DNA from: Candidatus Pacearchaeota archaeon
GTDB taxonomy: Bacteria; Patescibacteriota; Minisyncoccia; Minisyncoccales; UBA5738
Assembly (NCBI GenBank): GCA_035362275.1
Contig: DAOSDI010000001.1
Coordinates: 22,777 to 86,776, forward strand
Reading direction: 5' to 3'
DNA: 64,000 nt
The translations under genes and the position numbers were made by a program. Under the pieces are notes generated by a model. The model was not told where the DNA came from, made no database searches, and saw nothing but the letters and a program-made list of their open reading frames with translations. The first letter of the stretch is position 1. Each line of letters begins with the position of its first letter. Below are positions 30,641 to 39,638 of the stretch, piece after piece.

Positions 30641-31557
30641 TTGAAGTATTGGAATAAAGCGTTGATGCCGGCCAGATTTTTTTGCCATTCAATGCTTTGG
30701 TGCGTGGCCAGTTCCACGGTGATGGCGGAAATGTGGATTGATGCCAGCCAGTCGGTGGCATCTCCCGAAACTTGATATTGGTCAAAAGTGTCTTTGGCCG
30801 GATATCCGGACGCCTTGGCGTAGGCGTTGAGAATCGCGCGGGTTTCATCGGACATATCCGCGTTGCACATTGAGCCGTAGACCGCGTTGGATTGGCTGTG
30901 CCAAAAAACGACCGCCGCCGGCTTGTTTTTCAAAACATAATCGCGCAACGCCGCGCTTTCCGGTTCCGAAAATGCCGCACTGCCGGCGTTCACCTCTTTT
31001 TGCCGCCAGATGCCTTTGGGTTGCCAATTGCAATCAAAGTTGCGGTTCAGGTCCACATTGTTGGCGTTGAAGCGTCCCGTCTCGTTGGTGCCGGCGGGAA
31101 TGTCGGCGGCGGCAAACCGTCCCTCTTTGCCGGCAATCTTGGCCAACCCGTCGGGATTGAGCGCGGGAATCACCGCCACCGACAAATTTTTTGGAACAAT
31201 TTCGGGATTTGTCTCCAGATAATCAATAAATTCCCAAGCCAAAAGCGCGCTGTTCCATTCATAGCCGCCGTGGATGGCGCCCGCAAAGACCAGCAATTTG
31301 CCGCCGTTGCCGAAACGATAGATTTCAATCGGGCGGTTTTGTGCCGAATAGCCGATAATTTCATATTCGGGGGCGGAGGTATCTTTGAGCTCCTTTGGCG
31401 GCAACGGTTCTTCGCCTTCAATTTCTTTCTTTATGGCGGGTGTTACCGATTCTGTTTTGATTCGGGTATTTTCAAACAATACCCATAAAATCGCGGCCAG
31501 CAAAATCGCGCAAATTCCGGCGGCGGCAGTCAATTGGCGGTTGGAAAAAGGTTTCAT
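30637..31557 (-). CDS. M14-family zinc carboxypeptidase-like protein (membrane-anchored)
   Basis: GAIHGGYEWNS and NVDLNRNFDCNWQ motifs (M14 Zn ligands / substrate arginine region). N-terminal TM. Confidence 0.65.
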   Translation of the reverse strand: MKPFSNRQLTAAAGICAILLAAILWVLFENTRIKTESVTPAIKKEIEGEEPLPPKELKDTSAPEYEIIGYSAQNRPIEIYRFGNGGKLLVFAGAIHGGYEWNSALLAWEFIDYLETNPEIVPKNLSVAVIPALNPDGLAKIAGKEGRFAAADIPAGTNETGRFNANNVDLNRNFDCNWQPKGIWRQKEVNAGSAAFSEPESAALRDYVLKNKPAAVVFWHSQSNAVYGSMCNADMSDETRAILNAYAKASGYPAKDTFDQYQVSGDATDWLASIHISAITVELATHQSIEWQKNLAGINALFQYFK

Positions 31558-32549
31558 TTGCCGTAATGATCAAGAATCGCCTTAATACCCGCCCAATTTT
31601 TATCCCATTCCTCGTCTTCGGATGTATTCAAAATTACGCTGATTGCCGGAACATTATTTTTGGCAAACCAATCCGTCATATCGCCGGAAATTTGGTAGGA
31701 TTCAAAATTCTTATAAGCCGGATAACCCGAGGCTTTGGCATAAAGATCGGTGATCGTTTGCGTTTCCGGAAGAATGCCATTGTTACAGCTTGACGAATAT
31801 ACTCCGCCGCCGGAACTATACCAAGCAACTACCGCGGCGATTGAATGGCTTTGCGCGTAATCGCGGACAGCTCTGCTTTCCGGTTCCGAAAATGCCGCAC
31901 TGCCGGCACTCACGGGTTTGTTTTGCCAAACGGCTTTGGGTTGCCAATTGCAATCAAAGTTGCGGTTCAGGTCCACATTGTTGGCGTTGAAGCGTCCTTC
32001 GGTTCTTATGTTCAGTTTTTCAGAATCGTCCAAGCTGTTGAACCGGCTTGCGTTATTCATAAAAACATAAGATCCGTCCGGATTCAAATTTTGGATTATC
32101 GTCACTTTAATGTTGGCGGGAATCAAGCTTGAATCCGAGAATAAATTATTTGCCAACTTTTCGGCCAAAAGCACCGTGTTAAATGAATACCCCCCATGAA
32201 TGCCCCCAATGAAAAGAATTTCTTTGGAGCCGTTGCCGTAGTGATTGGCGATTATTTCGGTTCCGCCCGCCGATTTGCCGATTAGGGTTTCTGGAGAATT
32301 ATGCGCTTCGTTTTGCGGCACTTCTTGGTCTTGGTTTTCTGCGACAACATCTTCGGCCGGCAAATCGTTTTCAACGTCTGGCGGCGTTTGGGTTTGCGAT
32401 TCTTCGGCCGGCATCGGATTTTGAGTTTCTTCGGGCGTTGATGCGAAACGATAGGCCAAGAAAACGAGCGCGGCAACGCAAACAACGGCAATAACGATAG
32501 AAACGATATTTTTCATATTTTTGATTTGATTATTTTTTTTATCGCTCAC
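31554..32549 (-). CDS. M14-family zinc carboxypeptidase-like protein, tandem paralog
   Basis: Same GGIHGGYSFNT and NVDLNRNFDCNWQ motifs. Shares 32-nt and 64-nt stretches identical to the neighbouring paralog. Confidence 0.65.
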   Translation of the reverse strand: MSDKKNNQIKNMKNIVSIVIAVVCVAALVFLAYRFASTPEETQNPMPAEESQTQTPPDVENDLPAEDVVAENQDQEVPQNEAHNSPETLIGKSAGGTEIIANHYGNGSKEILFIGGIHGGYSFNTVLLAEKLANNLFSDSSLIPANIKVTIIQNLNPDGSYVFMNNASRFNSLDDSEKLNIRTEGRFNANNVDLNRNFDCNWQPKAVWQNKPVSAGSAAFSEPESRAVRDYAQSHSIAAVVAWYSSGGGVYSSSCNNGILPETQTITDLYAKASGYPAYKNFESYQISGDMTDWFAKNNVPAISVILNTSEDEEWDKNWAGIKAILDHYGK

Positions 32550-32670
32550 ATAAGTATATCACAAAATCCAAAAAACCGGATTTTTACCGCAGTGCCGGGC
32601 AAAATCGCCATAATATGATGTAATTTTGGATTAAAATGTGGTAAAATTTCACAAAGCGAAATCAAAAAAT

Positions 32671-32913
32671 AAAATTATGGATAATCTGGGATATTTCTTT
32701 CTCTTCGTTTTGCTTGCGATAATTCTCACCTATTTTTTCCCCGCCATTGTGGCGGTTGCCCGCAAAAAAAGAAACTGGGGAGCAATTTTTGCCTTGAATC
32801 TGCTGGCGGGATGGACTTTTGTCGGGTGGATCGCGGCGCTGGTGTGGGCGCTCACTCACGATCACGGGGAAAACGGCAACAAACCAATGCCGCCCGCCGC
32901 CATTGACGGCTGA
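32671..32913 (+). CDS. small membrane protein of the superinfection-immunity (Imm_superinfect-like) family
   Basis: FFLFVLLAIILTYFFPAIVAVARKKRNWGAIFALNLLAGWTFVGWIAALVWAL matches the two-TM pattern of that family. Confidence 0.45.
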   Translation, partial: KIMDNLGYFFLFVLLAIILTYFFPAIVAVARKKRNWGAIFALNLLAGWTFVGWIAALVWALTHDHGENGNKPMPPAAIDG

Positions 32914-33043
32914 TTTGGCGTGATGCCCGACATTGCCGGCAAATATCAAACAAAAAACCCTGAGAGTAGCGGTATCAAATACCGCTACGATATCAGAAAA
33001 AAACAAAACGTCCCGACAGTTTCGGGACGTTTTATTTTTTGGA

Positions 33044-33241
33044 CTAGGCGCGCGCCACATTGACCGCCGCCGGTCCCTTTTCACCGTCAACAACTTCAAA
33101 TGTCACCGCATCGCCGACTTTGAGATCGGCATATTCCACGCCTCGCAATTCTTTGGAATGGAAAAACAAGTCTTTGGCTTCCCCTTCGCGGGAAATGAAT
33201 CCAAATCCTCTTTCCGTGAGAGTTTTGATTGTTCCGTTCAT
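33044..33241 (-). CDS. cold-shock protein (CspA family)
   Basis: MNGTIKTLTERGFGFISREGEAKDLFFH...: RNP1-like GFGFI motif. Confidence 0.85.
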   Translation of the reverse strand: MNGTIKTLTERGFGFISREGEAKDLFFHSKELRGVEYADLKVGDAVTFEVVDGEKGPAAVNVARA

Positions 33242-33477
33242 TTTTTTGTTGAATTTACGCACAACGGGAAACCGACCATTTTCCGTTTTCTAACTGTCTT
33301 AACACTATACACCATAACCCCTTTTTCTCCAAATTTCAGTCCCCGCCGGGCGTCGGAACACGCAACCCCAACGCCAAGATTTAATTCTTTGGCCGCCAAA
33401 ACCGCCAATTCGTGCAGTTTCTTGCAATTGGCGCACCCCGATCCGATAACCTCAATTGATGTGATCTTGTCCTCCAT
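33238..33477 (-). CDS. small thioredoxin-fold protein (redox-active disulfide protein 2 / Thioredoxin_3-like)
   Basis: EVIGSGCANCKK (CxxC) plus a GVM segment. Sits between arsR and the csp gene. The C-terminus diverges from typical family members. Confidence 0.45.
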   Translation of the reverse strand: MEDKITSIEVIGSGCANCKKLHELAVLAAKELNLGVGVACSDARRGLKFGEKGVMVYSVKTVRKRKMVGFPLCVNSTKK

Positions 33478-33495
33478 TTTTTTTGATTATTGGCA

Positions 33496-33527
33496 ATTAA
33501 CAATTAACAATTAACAATTAACAACAT
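33496..33527. repeat. microsatellite (caattaa) x ~4.5
   Basis: ggcaattaacaattaacaattaacaattaac read directly. Confidence 0.9.
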
Positions 33528-33566
33528 TCCGACATTCTTGAGAATGTTGGAATGTTTATTCACATG
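33527..33566. repeat. conserved hairpin element, copy 1 (acattccgacattcttgagaatgttggaatgtttatt)
   Basis: 12-bp stem cattccRacatt/aatgttggaatg, 6-nt loop, followed by tttatt. A second copy lies at 49226-49265 with 3 mismatches that preserve pairing. Confidence 0.7.
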
Positions 33567-33600
33567 CCAGAATGCCCCGGGGGCTTTGGCCCGGCGCGGT

Positions 33601-33903
33601 TTATTTGATTATTTTAAAAATATTTTCCGTTATCCTTTCTCCTTTTTCCGTCAGCGAATAATGAATCCAAGCTCCGTCTTTCCGTCCCTCGATCAATTCT
33701 GCTTTCTTCAATTTGTTCAAGTGGTGCGACACCAGATTTTGCGGCAAGCCAAGATGCTTGATGATCCGGCAGGCGCAATGTTCGCCGCCTTGCAAAATGC
33801 AAAGTATTTTAAGCCGGTTTTCTTGGGCCAATAACTTCAAAACCGCCGCGGCCGGCGCGAATTCTTCCTTGCGGCGGTTATTTTTGCAACATTCCGGTTT
33901 CAT
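33601..33903 (-). CDS. ArsR/SmtB-family transcriptional regulator
   Basis: Winged-HTH signature LAQENRLKILCIL...CACRI...LPQNLVSHHLNKLKKAELI. Confidence 0.8.
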   Translation of the reverse strand: MKPECCKNNRRKEEFAPAAAVLKLLAQENRLKILCILQGGEHCACRIIKHLGLPQNLVSHHLNKLKKAELIEGRKDGAWIHYSLTEKGERITENIFKIIK

Positions 33904-33953
33904 ATATCAATCTACATTGATATTTTATCCCGTTTAAAATGTTTGTCAAATTA

Positions 33954-33985
33954 AAAAAACGAAGCCCGCCGGCTTCCCGAAAAAT
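33954..33985 (-). terminator. rho-independent terminator for the minus-strand operon 37070->34210
   Basis: Minus strand reads cgggaagccggcgggcttcg followed by ttttttt. Confidence 0.65.
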
Positions 33986-34209
33986 AATAAAAATTGCCAC
34001 CTTCCCCCATTTCGCGCGGCAAACAACCCCCAACTCCCTCCCGCCTTTAACGAACCGCCAAATTTTCTTCGATTTTAGCACAACCATTCCTCGCGGAACC
34101 TTCAAAAACCAGAATTGACACCATTTTTATTTATTATCTCCAATTGTCAAAAAATAAAAACCGCATTTTAATGCGGAATTGAATCTAAAAAAGGGAAAGG
34201 ATATAACGC

Positions 34210-34407
34210 TCATAAATTATTTTGTATTCGATTTGGGATGCTATGCTTCGCGTTATATCCCGTTATGAGTGTTTTTAATTCTTCTTCGCCGATATCTCTT
34301 TCGAGTTCGGCAACCACAAGAAGAGCGGTTTGCAGGTCTCCAATAAAGACCGCTGATCTCATTAACGTTTCGTATAATGACCGCTTTGCTGGCGTAATAG
34401 TCCTCAT
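34210..34407 (-). CDS. hypothetical small protein (last gene of the candidate operon)
   Basis: 65-aa ORF, no motif. Confidence 0.25.
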   Translation of the reverse strand: MRTITPAKRSLYETLMRSAVFIGDLQTALLVVAELERDIGEEELKTLITGYNAKHSIPNRIQNNL

Positions 34408-34447
34408 ATAACCACCATAGTTCTATTAAGCCATAAACGATATTTTG

Positions 34448-34729
34448 TCAACAAAGAGAATAGATACAACCAAAAACCGCCAAAGACGATTTAAGTGCAT
34501 TTAACTTTTCGATTGAATTAATACGAATCGTGCAATCGTCAACTTCCACGCCTACGGAATAGCTGCCCTTTTGAGCCCATACATCTATCCGCGATTTTCG
34601 TCCGGGCCAAACTTGTTTTTCTGTCCGCGAATCATAGCCGAATCGTAAAAAGTAATCTTTAATAAGCCATTGTATCTGCGAATGGTGCGGCGTATGGATT
34701 TTTAACAGATCGGAAACTAAATAATTCAC
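34448..34729 (-). CDS. hypothetical protein
   Basis: 93-aa ORF, no motif. Could be a fragment of a larger gene. Confidence 0.25.
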   Translation of the reverse strand: MNYLVSDLLKIHTPHHSQIQWLIKDYFLRFGYDSRTEKQVWPGRKSRIDVWAQKGSYSVGVEVDDCTIRINSIEKLNALKSSLAVFGCIYSLC

Positions 34730-34749
34730 ATCACAAAAAATCTAGGAAT

Positions 34750-35502
34750 TTATTTTTTCTCCGTTCTCCTCTTAAATTCTTTCTTAATATCAGAATTATT
34801 GATAGGTTTCCTGAAGAAAAAACACTTAGCTTTGTTTTCTGCTGGAACAACGTAGTCAATTAAGCTTTTACCATCAGGCGTTCCGCAATGCACTTGATGC
34901 ACAAATTCTTTGCCGTATTTTTCTGAGTTGTTAAATTCGCAATAATATAAAATTTCATCTGTTTTTAATTGGAACCTGTGCGAATCCCCATGGCCAAAAA
35001 AATAAACCTCTTTTATGCTTTTATCTGCCATAATTTTTTCGATATCTTTGAAGCTTGCATTTGTATAGAAAGAAAAATCCTGTTTTCTGGATTTTATACA
35101 ACGAACTAATGCCTCTAATTCATCTTTCAAAAAATTAGTTCTAAGCCATCCTTCAAGCTTAAACCAATCTGTTTGCCCTAAGATTACAACAGTATGGGCG
35201 GGTATATTTTGCTTGAATTTTTTTAAATATTGTGTCGATAGGTAGTTATTTATCGGATATATAATTACCAATATTGGCGAAAAAAAGAACTGGATAAAGT
35301 CATAGCCAAAGTAAACTAATCCATAAATAATCACGAAAAAGAGATGAACAAAAATAACCGAAACGATTGCTTTCGTACTAAAGCCCTTAAGCAGTGGAGA
35401 TATTAAAGCGATAATATATGCAAAAAATAAAAAAATCCTAGAATCTGTCCTTAATAATATCTGTGCTAATATTCCTTTTGGTTTACCGTTAATCATTTGC
35501 AT
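34750..35502 (-). CDS. membrane-anchored protein with a C-terminal putative minimal caspase-like (His...Cys) domain
   Basis: Three N-terminal TM helices. C-terminal approx. 150 aa has VVILGQTDW (beta1-like), ...EVYFFGHGDSH (His-dyad-like) and VHCGTPDG (candidate Cys). This is a speculative assignment. Confidence 0.35.
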   Translation of the reverse strand: MQMINGKPKGILAQILLRTDSRIFLFFAYIIALISPLLKGFSTKAIVSVIFVHLFFVIIYGLVYFGYDFIQFFFSPILVIIYPINNYLSTQYLKKFKQNIPAHTVVILGQTDWFKLEGWLRTNFLKDELEALVRCIKSRKQDFSFYTNASFKDIEKIMADKSIKEVYFFGHGDSHRFQLKTDEILYYCEFNNSEKYGKEFVHQVHCGTPDGKSLIDYVVPAENKAKCFFFRKPINNSDIKKEFKRRTEKK

Positions 35503-35507
35503 AATAT

Positions 35508-36398
35508 TTAAACTTCATAGAATTTAACATTCTTTTCTTTCAGGAAATTTTTTATTATATCAACGTGAACGCAATTTCCTAGATGTAGAAACGGATGGTT
35601 AGATACTTTTTTAATTCTACCACCATCTCTAATTTCTTTTTCTTTTATGTCGAATCCTAGATGAAGATGGTGAGTCGATGATTGCATACCGTAAACAATT
35701 CCATTCTGATCAAATAATGGGCCACCGCTTTGACCCCTTAGTCCGGGAGTACTCATTTCAATGCCGTTTGGGGCTCCGGTTGTGCCCATGACTTTTCTTG
35801 TTATCATTCCTTCAATTGGAAAACGAGGAGTAATTTTTTGGCCTTGCTCTATCCATTCAATATCGTCTTTTTCTGCGTTGTATTCAAAATTAGAAAATTC
35901 TGGAAACGGAAAACCTAAGCGGCATAGAAACTTACCCTGCCTAATCAAAGAAGCATCCTTAAGAAAAGTTGCATAACCATTGTATAGAAGTTTTTGAAAT
36001 CCATTGAATTCGATAATCGCAATATCTTCGGTAGGGTGCATAATCATCTTAAAACCGCTTATGTTGTCAACACAATTCATAAAATGATTCTTAATTTGTA
36101 TGGTAGTTATAGGCTCGTATTTATATTTTTGCTCCAATTCTCTTAATTTTCTTCTGTATTTGCCTGCTTTTCCAGTTAAAGCATCTCTTTCTTTTTTAAA
36201 GCTTTGGAAATTATTATTTATTTGGTCGGATTGTGCAATCAAAATTGCAACATGCTTGCATGTAATTGCTTGGCCAAGTTCATTAACAAAAAAGAAGGTT
36301 GCCGCGCCAGGTATAACAATGTCGCTTCCATATTCCCGAGTAATAGTGTGTATCCCTCGGGTATAACCTGCTACTTTTTCAATTGCATCTGAGAACAT
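35508..36398 (-). CDS. cytoplasmic trypsin-like serine protease (Trypsin_2/S1-like)
   Basis: Catalytic triad context ITCKHVA (His), DIAIIEF (Asp), GQSGGPLF (Ser). No signal peptide. Confidence 0.65.
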   Translation of the reverse strand: MFSDAIEKVAGYTRGIHTITREYGSDIVIPGAATFFFVNELGQAITCKHVAILIAQSDQINNNFQSFKKERDALTGKAGKYRRKLRELEQKYKYEPITTIQIKNHFMNCVDNISGFKMIMHPTEDIAIIEFNGFQKLLYNGYATFLKDASLIRQGKFLCRLGFPFPEFSNFEYNAEKDDIEWIEQGQKITPRFPIEGMITRKVMGTTGAPNGIEMSTPGLRGQSGGPLFDQNGIVYGMQSSTHHLHLGFDIKEKEIRDGGRIKKVSNHPFLHLGNCVHVDIIKNFLKEKNVKFYEV

Positions 36399-36434
36399 TA
36401 TTTTGTAATTTATTTAATTTATTTGCCTTGTTTT

Positions 36435-37070
36435 TTATTTCATCGGCGGCTTTCCTAAATCAGTTAATTTTTCGTTCAACTTCTCCTTTTTCTTCTTTAA
36501 AATTTCCGGTTGCACAAAATAAAAATCAAATAAACCCTCCAGTATATCAAGATTCCATTCTGCTTCTCCGGGCTCCACTTCTGCTATTTCGCCAGTAGAT
36601 TTGCTTTTTGTCGGGTGTGCAGCAAAATTTCCTATATTTCTTACTGCGTCAATGCCTTCCGATAATTGTGTTGGTAATTTATTTGAGTTAATTATTTCTT
36701 CAATTTCCTTACTTAAATTATCGGGTTTAACTTTTGCTTTTTCACGCAATAAATTCTGCAGACAATGCCTACTTAATGCTGCACTTGCCTTTGGACTATC
36801 CATTAATATAAGGCAAGCTTCCGTATAATCTTGAGCAAATTCCGACGATACTTCTGTCGGCAATGGAGATCTTGATATAGATCTGGGCCTGACTAATTGC
36901 GAATATCCACGGTTATTCGTTAACCGAATAATATTTTTTTCGCAAGAAGGACACTTACAATAGCTCAAACTCCATTTTCCTTCGCAATCGTTAATTGTTA
37001 TATATCTCTCGGAAGTAACTAAATCTTCCCATTCATCGAAAAAACCTTCTAAACAATGAGGGCATTTCAT
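36435..37070 (-). CDS. zinc-ribbon + DUF4145/HEPN-like domain protein
   Basis: N-terminal CPHC...CKCPSC zinc ribbon. C-terminal AVRNIGNFAAHP matches the R-x-x-GN-x-AAH signature of DUF4145 (HEPN superfamily, Abi-like). Confidence 0.55.
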   Translation of the reverse strand: MKCPHCLEGFFDEWEDLVTSERYITINDCEGKWSLSYCKCPSCEKNIIRLTNNRGYSQLVRPRSISRSPLPTEVSSEFAQDYTEACLILMDSPKASAALSRHCLQNLLREKAKVKPDNLSKEIEEIINSNKLPTQLSEGIDAVRNIGNFAAHPTKSKSTGEIAEVEPGEAEWNLDILEGLFDFYFVQPEILKKKKEKLNEKLTDLGKPPMK

Positions 37071-37199
37071 ATTTTTTATTAAGTATAACTATTAATCTGA
37101 ACTTATTATACTATCAATTAGTATAGAACAAGAGTTAGAACAAGTCAAACTGTTCTTGACTAGCTTTTTATAAAGGGATTATAATAAACGTATAAAGAT

Positions 37200-37814
37200 A
37201 TGCAAAAAAAACTTCATCCCCTACAACAACAAATTCTTGATTTGTTGGTCGAAAATTCTGACGATCCCTTGACTATAAGAGAGATACAGGATGCCGTTGG
37301 TGCCTCATCAACAAGCGTCATCGCTCATCACTTAGCCCAGCTAGAAAAGAAGGGATATTTAAAGCGTAATCCATTTAATCCGAGAGATTATCAAGTCCTG
37401 AAAGGGGGGCCGGAAAAACAAGTTACTTACATTAATTTATACGGCCTAGCTCAATGCGGCCCTGACGGTGCGATTCTTGATGGAAATCCAATAGACAGGA
37501 TACCAATATCAACAAGGCTTCTTCCCTTCCCTTCGGAGGAAGCATTTATGGTAAAAGCCAAGGGAGACTCAATGGAACCTAAAATTAGCGAAGGTGATTT
37601 AGTGATTGTAAGAAAAACAAACGATGCGGATAATAACAGTATTGTTATTTGCGCGAATAAGGGTGAGGCTTTGATTAAAAAAATTAAGAAAGAAAAAGAC
37701 GATATTATCTTGATTTCAATTAATAGCGAGAAACACCAGCCATTCCTCGCTGATAGAGAAAGCTTTAAAATTGAGGGGGAGGTTAAAACGGTTATCACAA
37801 ACAAACTTCCTTAA
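37200..37814 (+). CDS. LexA-like repressor (HTH + S24 peptidase)
   Basis: Winged-HTH N-terminus and a C-terminal AKGDSMEPKISEGDLVIVRK (Ser...Lys dyad). The stop is 1 nt before the methyltransferase start. Confidence 0.75.
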   Translation: MQKKLHPLQQQILDLLVENSDDPLTIREIQDAVGASSTSVIAHHLAQLEKKGYLKRNPFNPRDYQVLKGGPEKQVTYINLYGLAQCGPDGAILDGNPIDRIPISTRLLPFPSEEAFMVKAKGDSMEPKISEGDLVIVRKTNDADNNSIVICANKGEALIKKIKKEKDDIILISINSEKHQPFLADRESFKIEGEVKTVITNKLP

Positions 37815-37815
37815 A

Positions 37816-39621
37816 ATGGAAACATTGAAAGCGTACAACATAATAGAATCAGTTAATAAATATCCAGAAGAAGCAAAAACAAAATTGCTCGACTTTTTCA
37901 TTAAAGAAAAACCGAGCAATTGGAATACGGTTTTTAATATAAATGATTTATTGAATAAATTAAATTACGATCAGGTAGTCGAACTCATAGGAATATTTCA
38001 TCAAAAATCAAAAGAACAAAAAAAAGTTGAACAAACCAACGAAAGAAAACATTTTGGAATTTACTATACAGATTACCAATTAGCTCGCTTTATCGTAAGG
38101 GAAACTATAAACCTTAGCCAGATTGATCCTGCTAGGGCTACCTTCTTAGAACCATGCTGCGGAAGCGGTAATTTCATTATTGCTTATTTAGATGAAGTAT
38201 TATCAAAACAAAAAAATATTAACAACGCCTTAGTACAAAAAATAATAGATAATATTTATTGTGCCGACATTGACGAAGAAGCAATCAGTATAACGAAAAA
38301 AATAATTCCGCAATATCTTAAAAAGAAGTACGCAGTTTCCATAAGCGTATCAGAAAAAAATTATTTCTCGGGAGATTTACTTTTCACAATTAAAAATGGG
38401 AATATTTCAAAAAATGATCCGAAAAAGATATTTAGGTTGCCCGATGGATTCGATATTGTCATAACCAATCCCCCTTATAAGCTTCTCAAAGCGAATTCAA
38501 ATAAATATGGCAATGGAGAGAATAAGGAGTTTATTGAAAATGTTGTTGATTATATTCGAAAAGAAAATATTTATTCTCTAAATGAAGGAACTTTAAATTA
38601 CTATAAACTCTTCGTCGAAGAAATCATTCTTAACTATACTAATAAAAACAGCCTCATCGGATTACTAATTCCCCGGACTATATTGAACGATAAACAGTCT
38701 GAAAAATTAAGAAATTATATTATCGCCAACAGTAGACTATCAACCATATACAACATACCGGAAAAAAACGACTTTTTCCCTGATGTTGCACAGTCTTTTT
38801 GTTTTTTCTCCATTGATAAGTCTAAAAAAGGTGAGGAAATATCAATAGTGGATGAAGTTAGTAACGCTGATGATTTAAATAAAAAACCTATTTCAATCAG
38901 TATTTCTCAAGCAAAGGAAATATCATCTTCGATAATTGTGGAATCTAATATTGGCGTTAAAATACTAAAGAAAATTCACGCAAATCCAAAACTCGCTTCC
39001 ATAACGCATATTGCTAATTTACGCGGAGAGCTAGATTTAACTTTGCATAAAAAATTTATCGCCGAATCGCCAACAAAATATCGTCTTATAAAAGGCGCAA
39101 ATATAAGGGAATTTTCGATTGAAGAACCTAATAATTATGTTAGCGATGATTTCCTAGGATTAATAAATGGAAAACATCATTACGTAATCAATTCAAGGAT
39201 TGTTTGTCAGCAAATTTCAAATATTAACTCTTCAAAACGCTTAAAGTTTGCATTTGTACAGCCTAATTATGTTTTAGGTAATTCCTGCAATTTCATAGCC
39301 TTGCAAATGTCCAATAGCCTTTTTAAAACAAAAGATGTTTCCCTCTACTATCTTTTGGGGATATTGAATTCTTTTTTAATGGATTGGCGTTTTAGGTTAT
39401 CGAATTCAAACAATCACGTTTCTAATTACGAACTTAATGATTTGCCGATTGTTGTAAATGGCAATAAAGGGATAATCGACAAAATCGAACGTATTTCTAA
39501 AGACCTAATAAAAAAACCTGATGATAGTTTAATGCGAGAAATGAACGATTTAACTTTGAAATTATACGGTTTAGATGATCAGGAAACTGCTTATATAAAC
39601 TCTCGCTACGTAAAAATATAA
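37816..39621 (+). CDS. N6-adenine DNA methyltransferase, gamma class (Eco57I/TaqI-like)
   Basis: Motif I EPCCGSGNFII precedes motif IV DIVITNPPYK. 600+ aa with a large target-recognition region. Confidence 0.8.
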   Translation: METLKAYNIIESVNKYPEEAKTKLLDFFIKEKPSNWNTVFNINDLLNKLNYDQVVELIGIFHQKSKEQKKVEQTNERKHFGIYYTDYQLARFIVRETINLSQIDPARATFLEPCCGSGNFIIAYLDEVLSKQKNINNALVQKIIDNIYCADIDEEAISITKKIIPQYLKKKYAVSISVSEKNYFSGDLLFTIKNGNISKNDPKKIFRLPDGFDIVITNPPYKLLKANSNKYGNGENKEFIENVVDYIRKENIYSLNEGTLNYYKLFVEEIILNYTNKNSLIGLLIPRTILNDKQSEKLRNYIIANSRLSTIYNIPEKNDFFPDVAQSFCFFSIDKSKKGEEISIVDEVSNADDLNKKPISISISQAKEISSSIIVESNIGVKILKKIHANPKLASITHIANLRGELDLTLHKKFIAESPTKYRLIKGANIREFSIEEPNNYVSDDFLGLINGKHHYVINSRIVCQQISNINSSKRLKFAFVQPNYVLGNSCNFIALQMSNSLFKTKDVSLYYLLGILNSFLMDWRFRLSNSNNHVSNYELNDLPIVVNGNKGIIDKIERISKDLIKKPDDSLMREMNDLTLKLYGLDDQETAYINSRYVKI

Positions 39622-39638
39622 ATTTTATTGAGATAGAC

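Noticed and set aside
32933-33514. 193-aa plus-strand ORF
   Set aside because: It is antisense to the cold-shock and thioredoxin-like genes, which have strong family signatures. It has no motif of its own.
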